Shown here: positions 62,640-64,000 of the stretch, in pieces
Numbering within the stretch: the stretch's first letter is position 1
How the letters are laid out: every line of letters begins with the position of its first letter
Source of the DNA: Candidatus Babeliales bacterium
GTDB taxonomy: Bacteria > Babelota > Babeliae > Babelales > Vermiphilaceae
Length of the DNA: 64,000 nucleotides
Direction of reading: 5' to 3'
Assembly (NCBI GenBank): GCA_963743635.1
Contig: CAVUQO010000002.1
Location: 288,001-352,000 of the forward strand
The notes under the pieces: generated by a model
Databases searched by the model: none
Told to the model about the DNA's origin: nothing
Seen by the model: the letters and a program-made list of their open reading frames with translations, nothing else
Made by a program: the position numbers and the translations under genes

Positions 62640-64000
62640 CTATGATTGCTTGATATAGTTTGCCAGTTGATTAATCCTTCCTGCGCCTAAAAGGAGCACG
62701 AGATCATCAGCGGCGATGTATTCATCCAAGCTTGCGCGTATTTGCGTGAATTCATATTCGTAGGGCACGTAGGTAACCGAGAATGTAGGATTACGTTCTT
62801 TGAGTGCCTCGGTGAACGCGATGCTCGTGATGCCGGGAATGACGTCTTCACTTGCGCCATAAATATCGGTGATGATCAGATGGTCGATCGGGCTGTTCAT
62901 GAAAATTTCGATGAACTGATCCCAGAGCGCCTTGGTCCTCGTGTACCGATGGGGTTGAAAAACAACGACGACGCGTCCTCGCGCACGATTTCGGGCTACC
63001 TTGAGTGTGACATCGATCTCGGTCGGATGATGGCCGTAATCGTCAAAAATTTCTGCGCCACGATAGGTGCCGTGGTACGAGAAGCGGCGATCGATGCCTT
63101 TAAAGCCGGCGAGCGCATGTTGGATAATTTCGAGAGGAATATCTAAATCTTGCGCAAGCGCGATGGCAGCGAGTGCATTGAGCACATTGTGTCGGCCTGG
63201 CAGATTAATTTTTATATCCCCAATTGGGTTATCTTGATGCATGAGAGTGAAGCGCGAATGGTCAGCAGCGAGGGTGATGTCGCGCGCCATGACGTCAGCG
63301 GGATTATCGATGCCATATTTAATAATTTTTAAGTGAGAGAGCGGCAATAGCGAGCGAATATGCTGCATCATCGATGCATAAAATTGCTTTGCCATAGAAA
63401 GGAAGATTGTTCAAAAATTGTAAAAACGTTTGTTTGATATCGTCAATATCTTTGAACACATCAAGATGCTCAAGATCGATATTAGTCACGAATTGCCAGC
63501 GTTGCGTGCAAATGAAGGAGCGAGCGATCGCTTTCATCTGCTTCCGCAACGAGGAATTCTCCATCTCCGAACCGAGCATTCGTGGAGATATTTTTCAAAT
63601 GGCCGCCAATGATAACGGTAGGGTTTAAGCCTGCTTCGATAAGAATATGTGAAACGAGCGAAGTGGTAGTTGTTTTTCCATGTGCGCCCGCAATAGCAAT
63701 GCTATATTTTGTTCGCATCAATTCAGCAAGCATCAAGGCTCGCGAAATCGTGGGGATGCCTCGGCGTTGCGCGGCAAGAATTTCTTCATTGTGTGCGCGG
63801 ATTGCAGAAGAATAAACCAAGATTTCAATTGAAGGATCATTGCATCCGGGAGTGTTGTTTCCCTCGTGAAGCGTGCAGCCCAACTCTTTTAACAGTTGCG
63901 CGCTTTTCTGGGTGACATCAAGATCGCACCCGGAAATCGTATAGCCTTGTTGACGGAGTATAGTTGCGATACCACTCATACCAATGCCGCCGATACCAAC
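62640..64000 (-). CDS. murC: UDP-N-acetylmuramate--L-alanine ligase (5'-partial, frameshifted)
   Basis: [55 protein letters not shown]. Confidence 0.95.

Noticed and set aside
62640..63979. murC split into three ORFs
   Set aside because: Indels near the window end with all motifs preserved; likely sequencing error

Overview
A roughly 40% GC bacterial chromosome segment. Gene content and style suggest an intracellular protist parasite of the Babelota (Dependentiae/TM6) type; this assignment is inferred, not searched. Conserved blocks are: rpoB(3')-rpoC-tRNA-Val(GAC)-rpsO-pnp-rph-holA-like (1-9.4 kb); DUF502-glmM-[Hint toxin/immunity]-cdaR-cdaA-trpS-pcrA (37-47 kb); hflX-ffh-rpsP-khpA-trmD-rplS (49-55 kb); and murC at the right edge. 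rpoC, ffh and murC carry indels that look like consensus errors. Between these blocks lie accessory zones (9.4-37 kb, 46.7-49 kb, 55.5-62.6 kb) rich in small signal-peptide proteins. Main observations: (1) three tandem secreted ankyrin + RING-H2 E3-ligase-like genes, punctuated by a 43-bp repeat present five times; (2) 14 secreted proteins whose predicted signal cleavage exposes a new Met, followed by D/E/N/Q in 12; (3) eukaryotic-type motifs on secreted proteins (CaaX, NLS, PPxY, EEVD-like, CDK sites); (4) a minimal signal-Hint-toxin plus immunity pair inside a cdaA-cdaR-glmM operon whose cdaA lacks its catalytic motifs; (5) three copies of the holA 3' end; (6) many REP/REPIN/MITE-like palindromes, two of them translated in frame inside pcrA. 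No CRISPR array, rRNA, integrase or transposase was seen.
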